A DNA stretch of 64,000 nucleotides from Deltaproteobacteria bacterium (GCA_027858615.1 JAQICJ010000286.1:1926-65925), one strand, 5' to 3'. Counted from the first letter of the stretch, positions 20,604 to 30,335 are shown. Notes: generated by a model not told the origin, from the sequence alone. Numbers and translations are program-made.

Positions 20604-21442
20604 TTTGACTTATCCTTGTTTTTATTTAAGGAAAAATTTATCCAGTGCTTATACTGGGGATATTTGGCAGGTCCTTCGAGGATATGACCGGAAACTGAAA
20701 ACAATGGAAGTTCAGGAAAAAAATCAAGCTTCCGGATTAGGTTACTGACTTTGTTGAGTCTTTTTATATCTGAATTTTTCGCTGTTGGCAACCCGGGTTG
20801 TTTTTCCAATATATTTTTCCTGATTTTTTCGGCAAAAACACCTTGGACAAAATCATGGAAAGCCTTATTGCCGTTATTCCAGAAAACAAGCAAGCTTTTA
20901 CGGTTGATTTCCGGTCCGAGGGAAATCCAGGGAATGATTAAAATTTTTATTTGTTTGAATTGTTCTGACAACTTTTTCAGGTGCTGATAAAAAACCCTGG
21001 TTGCTGAAGAGGTGAAGTCGGCAAAAATGATGACAGTCAATTGGGGATCATCATTGTTGCCGAGCCAGGGCAATTTTACCCGGGGATTCAAGGTGATGAT
21101 TTTTGCTTCCTGATAGTTTTTTTTGTAGATTTCACTGGCAATACAGGAGCGAAGTTGAGGGCAATTCTGATTGGAATTTCTAAGGCAACCTCTGATGATT
21201 TGCATCCTTGTCTGCCAATCTTTTTTGGTGCTGCATAAATGGGTAAACTCTAGAATTTGTTGTTTTTTATGTTGAGGATCGGCATCAAGTCGAGGTTTGG
21301 TGCAATGAAGATAGCGCTGAGACAAAGTGATACAATCAATTTTTTCAGGGGACAAAGTATCGGTTTTAACAGATTTTTTTTCTTTTTTGCAGGAAATGTT
21401 CAAGGTCAGGGTCAGAATCTGAATCAGGAGGATTTTATACAT
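20600..21442 (-). CDS. DsbA-like lipoprotein paralog 3 with degenerate active site (CxxC replaced by SSAT), Cys-rich N-terminal region
   Basis: Lipobox LNISC. It aligns to paralogs 1 and 2 around IIFADFTSSATRVFYQ, where the CxxC is lost. Its stop/start overlaps paralog 2 by 4 nt. Confidence 0.55.
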   Translation of the reverse strand: MYKILLIQILTLTLNISCKKEKKSVKTDTLSPEKIDCITLSQRYLHCTKPRLDADPQHKKQQILEFTHLCSTKKDWQTRMQIIRGCLRNSNQNCPQLRSCIASEIYKKNYQEAKIITLNPRVKLPWLGNNDDPQLTVIIFADFTSSATRVFYQHLKKLSEQFKQIKILIIPWISLGPEINRKSLLVFWNNGNKAFHDFVQGVFAEKIRKNILEKQPGLPTAKNSDIKRLNKVSNLIRKLDFFPELPLFSVSGHILEGPAKYPQYKHWINFSLNKNKDKSK

Positions 21443-22253
21443 CTATGTTTATTCTCTTTAACTTGAGGCAATTTCCAGTTTCGGGATCAAGACAGGCAAA
21501 AATGCCTTGAAATTGAATATCTTTGCCTGAAGGGACAAATTTTGAAGGCAAATGGTGTATATTGTAATGCAAAATACCTTCGGGTTTCATGCCTAAAATG
21601 CTGGAAGAGCTTCCACATATTCCCAAGTCAGTGATTGTTCCTGTTCCTTTGGGTAGAATGCGAGCATCGGCTGTTTGGACATGGGTATGGGTGCCGACTG
21701 CCAGAGAAACTTGGCCGTCAAGGTGGTGGGCAAGGCTGATTTTTTCTCCTGTGGCTTCGGCATGGAAATCCACAAGATAATAGCGAGCGGGATTTTGCTG
21801 TAACAGAGTGTCAACTGTATTGAAGGGATTATCTGCGTTTTCCATATACACTTGACCAGCAAGATTGATAACACAAATATCCCCTTTGGGGTGGGGGATG
21901 GTGATCACTCCACTTCCGGGGGTTTTGGTGGAACCTAGATTATGGGGGCGTAAAATTTGTGGATTTTCATCGAGGGCTTTGTGGATGGAAAAAGCTTTCA
22001 GAGTATGATTGCCTCCGGTGACAACATCAACTTCGCTGTTGAGAAGAGTCTGAGCTGAATTGGCGTTCATTCCGAAGCCGTCTGCATTTTCTCCGTTGAC
22101 CACAATGAAGTCAATTTTCCACTCTTTTTTTATTTGAGGAAGATATTTTTTTATTCTCAAAACACTGGTGGGGCCTACTACATCGCCAAGAAAGAGGGTA
22201 CTCAAACAGTGAGCACATTCAAAAGGAGGAGGAGCAAACCGCTTATTTGGCAT
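21435..22253 (-). CDS. ymdB: YmdB-family metallophosphoesterase (2',3'-cyclic-nucleotide phosphodiesterase-like)
   Basis: LFLGDVVG, VVNGENADGFG and GGNHTL metallophosphatase motifs. The start overlaps the rny stop, in a conserved rny-ymdB pairing. Confidence 0.85.
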   Translation of the reverse strand: MPNKRFAPPPFECAHCLSTLFLGDVVGPTSVLRIKKYLPQIKKEWKIDFIVVNGENADGFGMNANSAQTLLNSEVDVVTGGNHTLKAFSIHKALDENPQILRPHNLGSTKTPGSGVITIPHPKGDICVINLAGQVYMENADNPFNTVDTLLQQNPARYYLVDFHAEATGEKISLAHHLDGQVSLAVGTHTHVQTADARILPKGTGTITDLGICGSSSSILGMKPEGILHYNIHHLPSKFVPSGKDIQFQGIFACLDPETGNCLKLKRINIDV

Positions 22254-23814
22254 AGTCTACAGCCCTTGTTTCTCTGATTACATTGACTTTGATCTGCCCG
22301 GGATAGGCCAGATGATTTTCGATTTTAGCGGCAATATCCTTGGCCAGAACCAAAACGCCCTTGTCATTGACATTGCGGTTTTCCACCATAACTCTGATCT
22401 CTCTGCCCGATTGAATGGCATAAGCTTTTTTGACCTGTTTGAAGGATTTGCAAAGATCTTCAAGATCTTCAAGTCGCTGAATATAGGAGGCGAAATCTTC
22501 TTTGCGAGCTCCGGGACGTTGTGCAGAAATCTGGTTGGCAATCTGGACAATATGATCGAGAAGAGATTGAGGTTCGACTTCGTTGTGATGGCTGCCAATT
22601 GCTTGAATAATCAGAGGAGATTCTCCGTATTTTTTTGCCAAAATAGCTCCCACGGCTGCATGGGAACCTTCTTTTTTGTGGTTTACTGTTTTGCCGATAT
22701 CGTGAAGAAGACCGGCTCTGCGGGCGTTTTTTGTGCCAATGTTTAATTCTGATGCAATTACACCTGCAATATATCCTGTTTCGATTGAGTGTTTCAACAG
22801 GTTTTGACCATAGGAAGAACGATATTTCAAGGTTCCTATGTGGTATAAAAGTCCCGGGTGGATTTTTTGCAATCCCATGTCGAAAACGATCTGTTCACCT
22901 TCTTTTTTACATTTGGCATTGAGATCATTTTCACATTTTTCCACAATGTTTTCGATGCGGGTGGGATGGATACGACCGTCGGCAATAAGTCTTTCCAGAG
23001 CCATTTTAGCGATTTCTCTTCTTACTGGATTGAATGAACTGAGAACAACCGCTTCAGGGGTATCATCTATGATGACATCAACTCCGGTTACAGCTTCGAA
23101 AACCCTGATGTTTCTGCCTTCACGTCCGATGATTCTGCCTTTCATGTCATCTTTGGGCAGGGGGATAACACTTACGGTTCGTTCGGAAATATAGTCACTG
23201 GCATATCTCTGGATTGAGGTGATAATAATGTTTTTAACCAGGCGATCAATCTTCTCGTTTGTTTCTTCTTCAATTTTTTCGATATCCTGAGCAGCACAGT
23301 TGCGAGCTTCAGAGATAACCTTGTCTTCAAGAGCTTTCAAAGCTTCCTGCTTGTTCATCCCTGTAATATTTTCAAGTTCGCTTTTGACCTTCTTCAATTT
23401 TTGTTCAGATTCATCGAGTTGCTGGTTTACCTGTTTTTCCTTGTCACTGATAGACTGTTCTTTTGATTTCAGTTTTCGTTTACGATTTTCCAGATTGTTT
23501 TCCAGCTTTTCCAGCTTTTTTTCTCTCCTGGTAATTCGTTTTTCTTTTTCTCTGAGTGTTTTTTGAGTCTTTTTATTATCTTTTTCAACTTTGGTTTTGG
23601 CTTTGAGAATAAGCTCATTTTTTTCAATAGCAGCTTTCTGCAAAGTTGATTCAGCTTCTTTTTTGGCATCTTCAACCAGTGATTTTGCATCCTCTCCAGC
23701 TTTTTGTATGTTTTTTCTGTTTTTTCTTCTGGACAGGAAGGTACCCAGAAAAATTCCTGCACCTGTGCCTGCCAGGCCTGCAATAATGATAATGATGATG
23801 CTTAATACATCCAC
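22243..23814 (-). CDS. rny: ribonuclease Y
   Basis: N-terminal TM helix, coiled coil, KH domain (GRIIGREGRNIR) and HD domain (LLHDIGK...GSHH). Confidence 0.95.
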   Translation of the reverse strand: MDVLSIIIIIIAGLAGTGAGIFLGTFLSRRKNRKNIQKAGEDAKSLVEDAKKEAESTLQKAAIEKNELILKAKTKVEKDNKKTQKTLREKEKRITRREKKLEKLENNLENRKRKLKSKEQSISDKEKQVNQQLDESEQKLKKVKSELENITGMNKQEALKALEDKVISEARNCAAQDIEKIEEETNEKIDRLVKNIIITSIQRYASDYISERTVSVIPLPKDDMKGRIIGREGRNIRVFEAVTGVDVIIDDTPEAVVLSSFNPVRREIAKMALERLIADGRIHPTRIENIVEKCENDLNAKCKKEGEQIVFDMGLQKIHPGLLYHIGTLKYRSSYGQNLLKHSIETGYIAGVIASELNIGTKNARRAGLLHDIGKTVNHKKEGSHAAVGAILAKKYGESPLIIQAIGSHHNEVEPQSLLDHIVQIANQISAQRPGARKEDFASYIQRLEDLEDLCKSFKQVKKAYAIQSGREIRVMVENRNVNDKGVLVLAKDIAAKIENHLAYPGQIKVNVIRETRAVDYAK

Positions 23815-24582
23815 AATTCACCTCCTTGGTTTGATCGTGAGATCTTCCAATTTGGTGAATAGATTCATTTATATGTATAATTTGATACCGGGACTGGAAC
23901 CGCAATATATCCTGGTTTACTGAATTTAATTCAACGGGTTCCCTGCAATACCGGTTATTGAAAAATTTACGGATTGCAGAAGGTTTCAAATTCAGGATCT
24001 CTATAATCCTTATAATCCTTGATAAAAACCGGATTTAAGCTGTTTCAACCAGTTGATTTATAAAGATGATCAGGTTCAACTGGTCAACAGTCAGTATGAT
24101 TTGATAACTGAGAAAAATTCTACTGGGATTAATCGTCAAAGAATACAAACTACAGGTAATTGCATTTGAAATTTTGTAGACAAAGGCAAAAGAATTGGTA
24201 CCCAGGAAAATTTGTATTCAAAAAAGATTGAACCAGGAATTATATACATAGCTCAAATCCAGGGAGTAAACCGGAATCTGTTCTGAAAGTGAAAACAGAT
24301 TGAAATCATGTTTCCAAAAACGGGATATTGCATTGTCCGGAGCAAAATCAATTGCCGGAGGATTGTTGCATATCTCGATAAAAGCTGACACAACAAGGTA
24401 AATTGCTATGGGTTGAATAAGTTGCTTGTAATTCAGGCAGATTCAGGATTATTTGAATCTATTCAACAAGTTTTTATTATAAACGCCTCACTAGCGGTAA
24501 AAAAGTTATGAAATTTAAGTTTAAATCTGTTTACAGCTCAGAACCAGACCGTTCAACCGATGAGGGAACGGTTTCAGAATTG

Positions 24583-24897
24583 TTATTCGTTTTGGTTATC
24601 TGAAATGGAAACCAGATAGTTTTGAATTTTTGAGTTTTTATGATCAATCTGAGAGAGTACTTCTTGGAAGATTTCTCTTTCCTGGGCAAGTTCTTCAGCC
24701 AGATTGATAATAACCAGAATTGCAGCTCTCAGATTGAAGTCTTTTGTCCCTTCGGTGACTTGCAGGATTTTTTCGTTGATTCCGGCTGCCAACTTGAGAA
24801 GTTTGTCTGAGTTTTCTGTTTTAAGATTAATACTTTGTCCACCGATATCAATTTTAACAGTTTCTAAACTCATTTTTACCTCATTAGTTCTCATCAA
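24583..24897 (-). CDS. zapA: ZapA-like cell division protein
   Basis: 104 aa with an N-terminal beta segment (VKIDIGGQSINLKT) followed by a long helix/coiled coil, as in ZapA. Sequence similarity is weak. Confidence 0.45.
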   Translation of the reverse strand: MMRTNEVKMSLETVKIDIGGQSINLKTENSDKLLKLAAGINEKILQVTEGTKDFNLRAAILVIINLAEELAQEREIFQEVLSQIDHKNSKIQNYLVSISDNQNE

Positions 24898-25193
24898 ACT
24901 GAAATCTTCTGGAAAATTACAGTTTTTGTAATAACTGCCCTCGGGAACCAGAGATGAAGGGGTTTGGCTTAATAACCATTTGATTATGAAGTCAAAAGAT
25001 CACGATTCTTGGAATTCTTTTATATAAACATAATCTTTATTGTCAAGCTGAACTGTTTGTAAAAACATCCATATTCTGGTATTGCCAGAAGGGTAAAGGA
25101 TATGGTTTTTTTTGTAAGTATTTTTTTTTGGAATCAGTCCTGTTTTTTCTTGCCATTGATTTAATCTTACTGCATAACATTGCCTGAATTCAG

Positions 25194-25231
25194 AATTGAA
25201 GTTGAAATCTGTCTTTTATTCAACTTCAATT
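25194..25231. promoter_or_regulatory. perfect 13-bp-stem hairpin (AATTGAAGTTGAA-12 nt-TTCAACTTCAATT) upstream of the tRNA pair
   Basis: Seen directly in the sequence. A second 6-bp hairpin GCGGTT-ATTTGCCA-AACCGC follows at about 25247-25266. Confidence 0.4.
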
Positions 25232-25324
25232 AACATCGGGGTTTTGCGGTTATTTGCCAAACCGCACCTAATATTGATGTTTGCAATATTCCTGAGTTAT
25301 ATTATATTCAGGTCTGTTGTATCT

Positions 25325-25401
25325 GGCTCTGTGGCCCAATTGGTAGAGGCGCTCGACTCAAAATCGAGAGGTTCTGGGTTCGACTCCCAGCAGAGCCACC
25401 A
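25325..25401 (+). tRNA. class-I tRNA with anticodon CAA (reads UUG); identity uncertain; encodes CCA
   Basis: Acceptor GGCTCTG/CAGAGCC, U8, D-loop with G18G19 and A21. Anticodon arm CTCGA-CTCAAAA-TCGAG, 5-nt variable loop AGGTT, T-arm CTGGG-TTCGACT-CCCAG, A73, CCA. Confidence 0.65.
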
Positions 25402-25409
25402 CATCTTTT

Positions 25410-25495
25410 GCCCGGATGGCGGAATAGGTAGACGCAGCGGACTTAAAATCCGCCGGGATTCATCTCCTGTACCGGTTCGATTCCGGTTCTGGGCA
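25410..25495 (+). tRNA. tRNA-Leu(UAA), class II with long variable arm
   Basis: GCCCGGA acceptor, GGTAGACGCA D region typical of Leu, anticodon arm GCGGA-CTTAAAA-TCCGC, long variable arm, T-arm CCGG-TTCGATT-CCGG. Confidence 0.9.
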
Positions 25496-25497
25496 CA

Positions 25498-26292
25498 ATG
25501 AAACTACAAAAACCCCCTGCACTTCTTCTTGATCTTGATGGAACTCTCTATGTTGGTTCTCGTATGCTGGATTCAACAGCCGAGTTTCTGGAATTTTTGA
25601 GAACTCAAAAAATTCCCCATCTTTTTCTGACCAATAATTCTTCACGCAGTGCCAGAGAATATTATGAAAAATTAAGAAACAAGGGTATTGTTCTTGAAGA
25701 ATCCCAAGTTCTTACCAGTGGTGATGCCACAATTTCCTATCTGCAGAAACATACGGATTACCAAAAAATCTATCTTATGGGTACTCCTTCTCTGGAGGAT
25801 GATTTTCAAAGAGCCGGGTTTAAACTCACAGCAGATGATCCCCAGTGTCTGGTTCTTGGTTATGATACCCAGATTACCTATCAAAAACTTGAGACAGCTT
25901 CTCGTTTTCTATATGCTGGTTTGCCATATATGGCAACTCATCCAGATCTAACCTGCATTACAGAAACTGGTCTTATTCCTGATACTGGTTTTTTCATAGC
26001 AGGATTCAGATTGATGACAGGCAGAACCCCGTTGATTCTGGGAAAACCATCCTCAAATATGCTTGAAGCTGCTTTGGAACGAATGCAGATAGAGTTTTCT
26101 TCCAAAATTCTCATGGTTGGAGATCAACTTGATACTGATATCAAATTGGGGGTGGACAATGGAATTACTTCAGCTCTGATGCTTTCAGGGGAAACCTCAC
26201 TAGCTCAGGTGGAAGAATATCCCCTCTCTCCCCATTTTATCCATGAACATAATGGCAAATTATTGGAAGATCTACAGAAGTTATATTCCTGA
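25498..26292 (+). CDS. HAD superfamily hydrolase, subfamily IIA (NagD/CECR5-like sugar-phosphatase family)
   Basis: LLLDLDGTLY nucleophile motif, LTNNSS, GDQLDTDI. Starts 3 nt after tRNA-Leu. Confidence 0.8.
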   Translation: MKLQKPPALLLDLDGTLYVGSRMLDSTAEFLEFLRTQKIPHLFLTNNSSRSAREYYEKLRNKGIVLEESQVLTSGDATISYLQKHTDYQKIYLMGTPSLEDDFQRAGFKLTADDPQCLVLGYDTQITYQKLETASRFLYAGLPYMATHPDLTCITETGLIPDTGFFIAGFRLMTGRTPLILGKPSSNMLEAALERMQIEFSSKILMVGDQLDTDIKLGVDNGITSALMLSGETSLAQVEEYPLSPHFIHEHNGKLLEDLQKLYS

Positions 26293-26572
26293 GGGAACTT
26301 TAAAACTACAAAACATCTCAGGTTGCAACAAAAGAGTGTTTCAAGATATCAGTCCAAGGGGAAATAATAATTTATTTTGCTATTTTTTCAAAACAATCTA
26401 TTATATCCTTTTGATATATCAAATAACGATATTAGCTCCGAAAATTATTGGCTGTATTAATAAATTTAATACTCAAGAAATCTCATAATCTTAAAAATTA
26501 TCTTTAAAAAATTATGATTCTTGCAGATATTTGTTATTTTTGTTAAAAATTTCCATATAAATGAGGAAATAA

Positions 26573-27862
26573 ATGAACAAAATTCTACTTGTAGCTGACG
26601 ACAGTAAGACAATAAAAAAAGCATTTGAGTTGAGTTTCACTGGCAAGGATATCGATCTAATTTTTGCAAATGATGGTCAATCGGCTCTGATGAAAGCAAA
26701 AAAACAAAAACCGGGAGTTGTCATTGCCGATCATAAATTACCGGGGTTGAATGGTTATGATCTTCTTTCAGAAATGAAAAGAGAAGCAGGGCTGGGTAAA
26801 ATTCCCTTCATAATAATGCACAGTCATTACCAGGAATTTGACGAAGTAAAAGGAGTCGGGGCTGAAGATCACATTGCCAAACCATTTTTGACCAAAGAGA
26901 TCCATGAAGTTGTGGACAAGGCTTTTGAAGTGGTGCAATCAGGAGTTTCAGAAGAAGTAGAGCAGGAAATTATCATAGATGCAGAATTTCCTGACGAAGA
27001 AGAAGCCCCTGATGAACTTGAACTTCAATTTGAAAATCTTGGTTTGAAAAAGAAATCAAATGGTATGTCTTCGGCATCCAAGCCAGCCCGTCCGGTAGTA
27101 CCTCGCTCGTCCAAGCCAGCAGCTCCGCAAAGGCCAGCCCGTCCGGCAGTACCTCGCTCGTCCAAGCCAGCAGCTCCGCAAAGGCCAGCCCGTCCGGCAG
27201 TACCTCGTTCGTCCAAGCCAGCGGTTCCACAAAAGCCAGCCCGTCCGGCAGTACCTCGTTCGTCCAAGCCAGTGGTTCCACAAAAGCCAGCTCGTCCTTC
27301 GGTACCTCGCTCGTCCAAGCCAGCAGCTCCGCAAAGGCCAGCCCGTCCGGCAGTACCAGGAGCAAACAAAGAAGAAAAGGCTCAATCCACTTTTGCACCG
27401 CCACCTTCCCGTCCTGTCAAACCAGAAGCTCCCAAGGCCACGAAACCGGGTGTTCCGGAGAAACAAAAACAGGAAAAATCAGGCAAGCCTTTTGTTTCTT
27501 CTGACAAATTTAAAAAATCAAGCAAAACTGCTACTGCAGGAACAAAAAAATCCGGTGGCGGACAGACAGTATTCATGTCCTCTTTTGCTCCAACTCCAGC
27601 TCAGGAGACTCCAACTTCCGAAAAAAGTTCCCAAACTGCAGAAAATGAACAGATTAAAGAAAAAGTCGTTCAGGATACCCAAAAGCAAGTCAAAGGAATT
27701 GTCGATAAGAAAGTCAGGGAAATATCGGCTCAAGGTGAAGAATTCAAAGCAATAGCCAATTTGAGCAGAGACATCATCGAAAAAATAGCTTGGGAAGTAG
27801 TACCCCAGTTAGCCGAGGTAATTATAAAAGAAATTGCAGTTAAGGACAAGCATCTCAAATAA
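26573..27862 (+). CDS. response regulator with N-terminal receiver domain, proline-rich repeat linker and conserved helical C-terminal domain (RomR-like architecture)
   Basis: Receiver domain (LLVADDSKTIKK...IADHKLPGLNGYDLL...KPF). About 5.7 tandem copies of a 17-aa P/A/R-rich unit, and an acidic/helical C-terminus. Confidence 0.7.
   Translation: MNKILLVADDSKTIKKAFELSFTGKDIDLIFANDGQSALMKAKKQKPGVVIADHKLPGLNGYDLLSEMKREAGLGKIPFIIMHSHYQEFDEVKGVGAEDHIAKPFLTKEIHEVVDKAFEVVQSGVSEEVEQEIIIDAEFPDEEEAPDELELQFENLGLKKKSNGMSSASKPARPVVPRSSKPAAPQRPARPAVPRSSKPAAPQRPARPAVPRSSKPAVPQKPARPAVPRSSKPVVPQKPARPSVPRSSKPAAPQRPARPAVPGANKEEKAQSTFAPPPSRPVKPEAPKATKPGVPEKQKQEKSGKPFVSSDKFKKSSKTATAGTKKSGGGQTVFMSSFAPTPAQETPTSEKSSQTAENEQIKEKVVQDTQKQVKGIVDKKVREISAQGEEFKAIANLSRDIIEKIAWEVVPQLAEVIIKEIAVKDKHLK
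27076..27366 (+). repeat. 51-bp tandem repeat (about 5.7 copies; unit CCAGCCCGTCCGGCAGTACCTCGCTCGTCCAAGCCAGCAGCTCCGCAAAGG) inside the response-regulator gene
   Basis: Near-identical units read directly. They encode PARPAVPRSSKPAAPQR repeats. Confidence 0.9.
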
Positions 27863-27975
27863 AACAGGATCTTATTCAGTGTCAGCAGAGATTTTGAATA
27901 ATCAATATCACAAAATATTGCCAAACAGATCTGAACCCGTAAAAATTGAAAACACAAATGTAAAAGGAGAAATTA

Positions 27976-28767
27976 ATGCCCATAGCACCAGGGAGTATTG
28001 AATGGAAACAGATGTTGGAATTTGCCAGAAAAATAGCAAGAGAAGGTGGAGAAATTGCCATGCAACACTATGGCCACTCCGATCCAAAACTTAAATATGA
28101 TATGTCTCTTGTTACTCAGGCAGATCTTGAAGTACAAGGTCATCTCAAAAAAAGAATTCTGGAAAGATATCCAGATCATAAATTTTTTGGTGAAGAACAG
28201 GATAGTCATCATTTCAGTGGCATGAACAACTTGTGGGTTGTAGATCCTGTGGATGGAACAGCTGCCTTCTCTTCTCAATTACCTATCTGGGGTATTTCTA
28301 TTTCTCATTATGATGATGGAGATCTTCAATTTGGCGTTTTTTACATGCCCGCCACCGATGAGATGTTCTCCGGAATGGGGAAAAAAGCATACAGAGACGG
28401 AGTCAGAATTCATGCCAGAATAGACGACAGGGTTGACAACGAAGCGGTTTTATTGACTTATTCTCGTTTTCACCAGGATTTTAATACTAGTTTTCCCGGC
28501 AAGGTGAGATCCCTTGGTTCTTCTGTGGCTCACATCGCTTATGTGGCTTCAGGTGCTGCCTGGGGTGCTCTGTTGGGTCGAGTACATATCTGGGATATTG
28601 CTCCCGGTCTTGCAATTTTAAGAGCAGCCGGAGGAGAAATAAGAGATCTCGAAGGCAATCTTTTTGATTCAGCCGCTTATCTTGACGGCAAGCAGGTAGA
28701 CAAAATCTATCTGGCTTCCGCCAAAGGACAACATGATCAACTGGCCAGTTTTCTAATCAGAAAATAG
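27976..28767 (+). CDS. inositol monophosphatase family protein (SuhB/CysQ-like)
   Basis: FFGEE, WVVDPVDGT and WDIAPG motifs of the IMPase/FIG superfamily. Confidence 0.85.
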   Translation: MPIAPGSIEWKQMLEFARKIAREGGEIAMQHYGHSDPKLKYDMSLVTQADLEVQGHLKKRILERYPDHKFFGEEQDSHHFSGMNNLWVVDPVDGTAAFSSQLPIWGISISHYDDGDLQFGVFYMPATDEMFSGMGKKAYRDGVRIHARIDDRVDNEAVLLTYSRFHQDFNTSFPGKVRSLGSSVAHIAYVASGAAWGALLGRVHIWDIAPGLAILRAAGGEIRDLEGNLFDSAAYLDGKQVDKIYLASAKGQHDQLASFLIRK

Positions 28768-28967
28768 GTCATTAGTCTTATTATTCACATATCATTACAA
28801 GTATTTGCAATGTCTAAAACAGAATATCGGGGAATAAATCATAAATCTATCTGTTAACTGCTTTGATTTTTTTGCCCAAGATCCGGTTGAGACTTGATAA
28901 ATTATTATTTATGATTAATACAGTAATACTGTTATCTTTTTAGAGATAACCCAGATTTAAACTAACT

Positions 28968-30086
28968 TTGCAGGAATTACAGATGAATTTTACCAAAATA
29001 CTTTTTGCCGGGATCGGTACATTTTTGACGCCCTGTGTTTATCCACTTATTCCAATCTATTTATCTTCTCTGCTGGGAGCCGATATTTCAAATATTTCCA
29101 TGCTCAAAAGGGGGCAGTTGTTTATCAGAGCAGTCTCTTTCAGCATTGGTTTTATAATGGTTTTCTCCCTGATGGGACTCGGAGCTGCAGGAATTGGCGG
29201 ATTACTGCAGGAATACAGGCAGGTTTTCCAACTGGCCGGGGGGATCCTGATTCTGCTTTTTGCATTAAAATTCCTGGGCCTTATTACCATTCCCTTTATG
29301 GACAAAACAGTGCGCAAAGACGATTCAACCCTTACCAGGAAGGTAAATCTGCTCACTGCATTTTTAATGGGGATATTTTTTGCTGCAGGCTGGTCTCCCT
29401 GTATTGGACCGATTTTAGGTTCTATTCTTACCTATACAGCCTCTGAGACTTCCGAACCGATGATGGGATTTTTGTATCTTACTGTTTACGGGCTTGGTTT
29501 TTCAATTCCTCTGCTAATCACCGCATTTTTTGCTGAATCAGCTGTTAAATTTATCGGAAAAACTTCAAAATATCTCCCCAAAATAGAAAAAGTAATTGGG
29601 GTGGTACTTTTGTTTACTTCCTTTTATTTTTTCAGTGGCATGTTTGGAGGAAGTGATATTTACCAGGAATGTGCCTATGATCCGGTGAGACCTGATGATA
29701 AACCACTGATGGTTGAATTTTACTCCAAAGGTTGTTCTGTCTGTAAAAAAATGGAACCTTTGATAAAGAAAATAGGAAAAACCTGCAGAGGAAAAAATAT
29801 TGAGGTAAGACAGATTGATATTTCCCAAAGTGAAAATAAGAAATTCGTTAAAAAATATAATTTGGTAGGTGTACCCACCTTTGTTTTTATCAACCAGGAG
29901 GGGAAAGAGGTTTCCAGATTAATCGGCAAGCAGAGCAAGCAGAATCTTCTGCAAGCGATCTCGGCTTTGATGGGAGAATTATGTCCTGGAGTTGGCTCAA
30001 TTGATAAACATAAATTACCCAAAACAGAAGAAAAAGGAGCAGGACCTGCTTGTGGCACTGGAGAAGAAGCACTTTGTACGGAGTAG
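28968..30086 (+). CDS. DsbD/CcdA-type transmembrane disulfide-transfer protein fused to a C-terminal thioredoxin domain
   Basis: Multi-TM region with paired Cys (CVYPLIP and GWSPCIGP) as in DsbD/CcdA. C-terminal thioredoxin-like YSKGCSVCKKM with the GVPTFVF motif. Confidence 0.8.
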   Translation: MQELQMNFTKILFAGIGTFLTPCVYPLIPIYLSSLLGADISNISMLKRGQLFIRAVSFSIGFIMVFSLMGLGAAGIGGLLQEYRQVFQLAGGILILLFALKFLGLITIPFMDKTVRKDDSTLTRKVNLLTAFLMGIFFAAGWSPCIGPILGSILTYTASETSEPMMGFLYLTVYGLGFSIPLLITAFFAESAVKFIGKTSKYLPKIEKVIGVVLLFTSFYFFSGMFGGSDIYQECAYDPVRPDDKPLMVEFYSKGCSVCKKMEPLIKKIGKTCRGKNIEVRQIDISQSENKKFVKKYNLVGVPTFVFINQEGKEVSRLIGKQSKQNLLQAISALMGELCPGVGSIDKHKLPKTEEKGAGPACGTGEEALCTE

Positions 30087-30335
30087 AGGATAGCAAGTTA
30101 CAAGTGTATGTAATGATTGTGTAATGATTGTTGTAAAACCAATGGTGACTTTTTGTGGACAGGCGGGCAATAACTGTCTCTTTTTGTGTACAGGGGTTGC
30201 GTCATTGGGTTTGACACCAGATTTAACAATATTAAATATGTAGATAAAACATGTAGTTAAAGTGTTTTTAAATTAAGTTTTCGAGGTGGGCACAGATATT
30301 GCTTTTAACGCAGTGTGTCATCAAAGGAGACTGCA

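Noticed and set aside
25325-25495. tRNA pair as an integration hotspot for a genomic island or prophage
   Set aside because: No integrase, recombinase, direct repeat of the tRNA 3' end, or phage genes were found downstream. The flanking genes are housekeeping (HAD hydrolase, response regulator, IMPase).
25196-25501. 101-aa ORF overlapping both tRNA genes
   Set aside because: It coincides with two well-folded tRNAs, and no RBS or conservation supports a protein.
26973-27576. Minus-strand ORFs (143, 114, 136, 64 aa) over the response-regulator repeat region
   Set aside because: These are artefacts of the 51-bp tandem repeat being open in several frames. The plus-strand receiver-domain gene explains the region.
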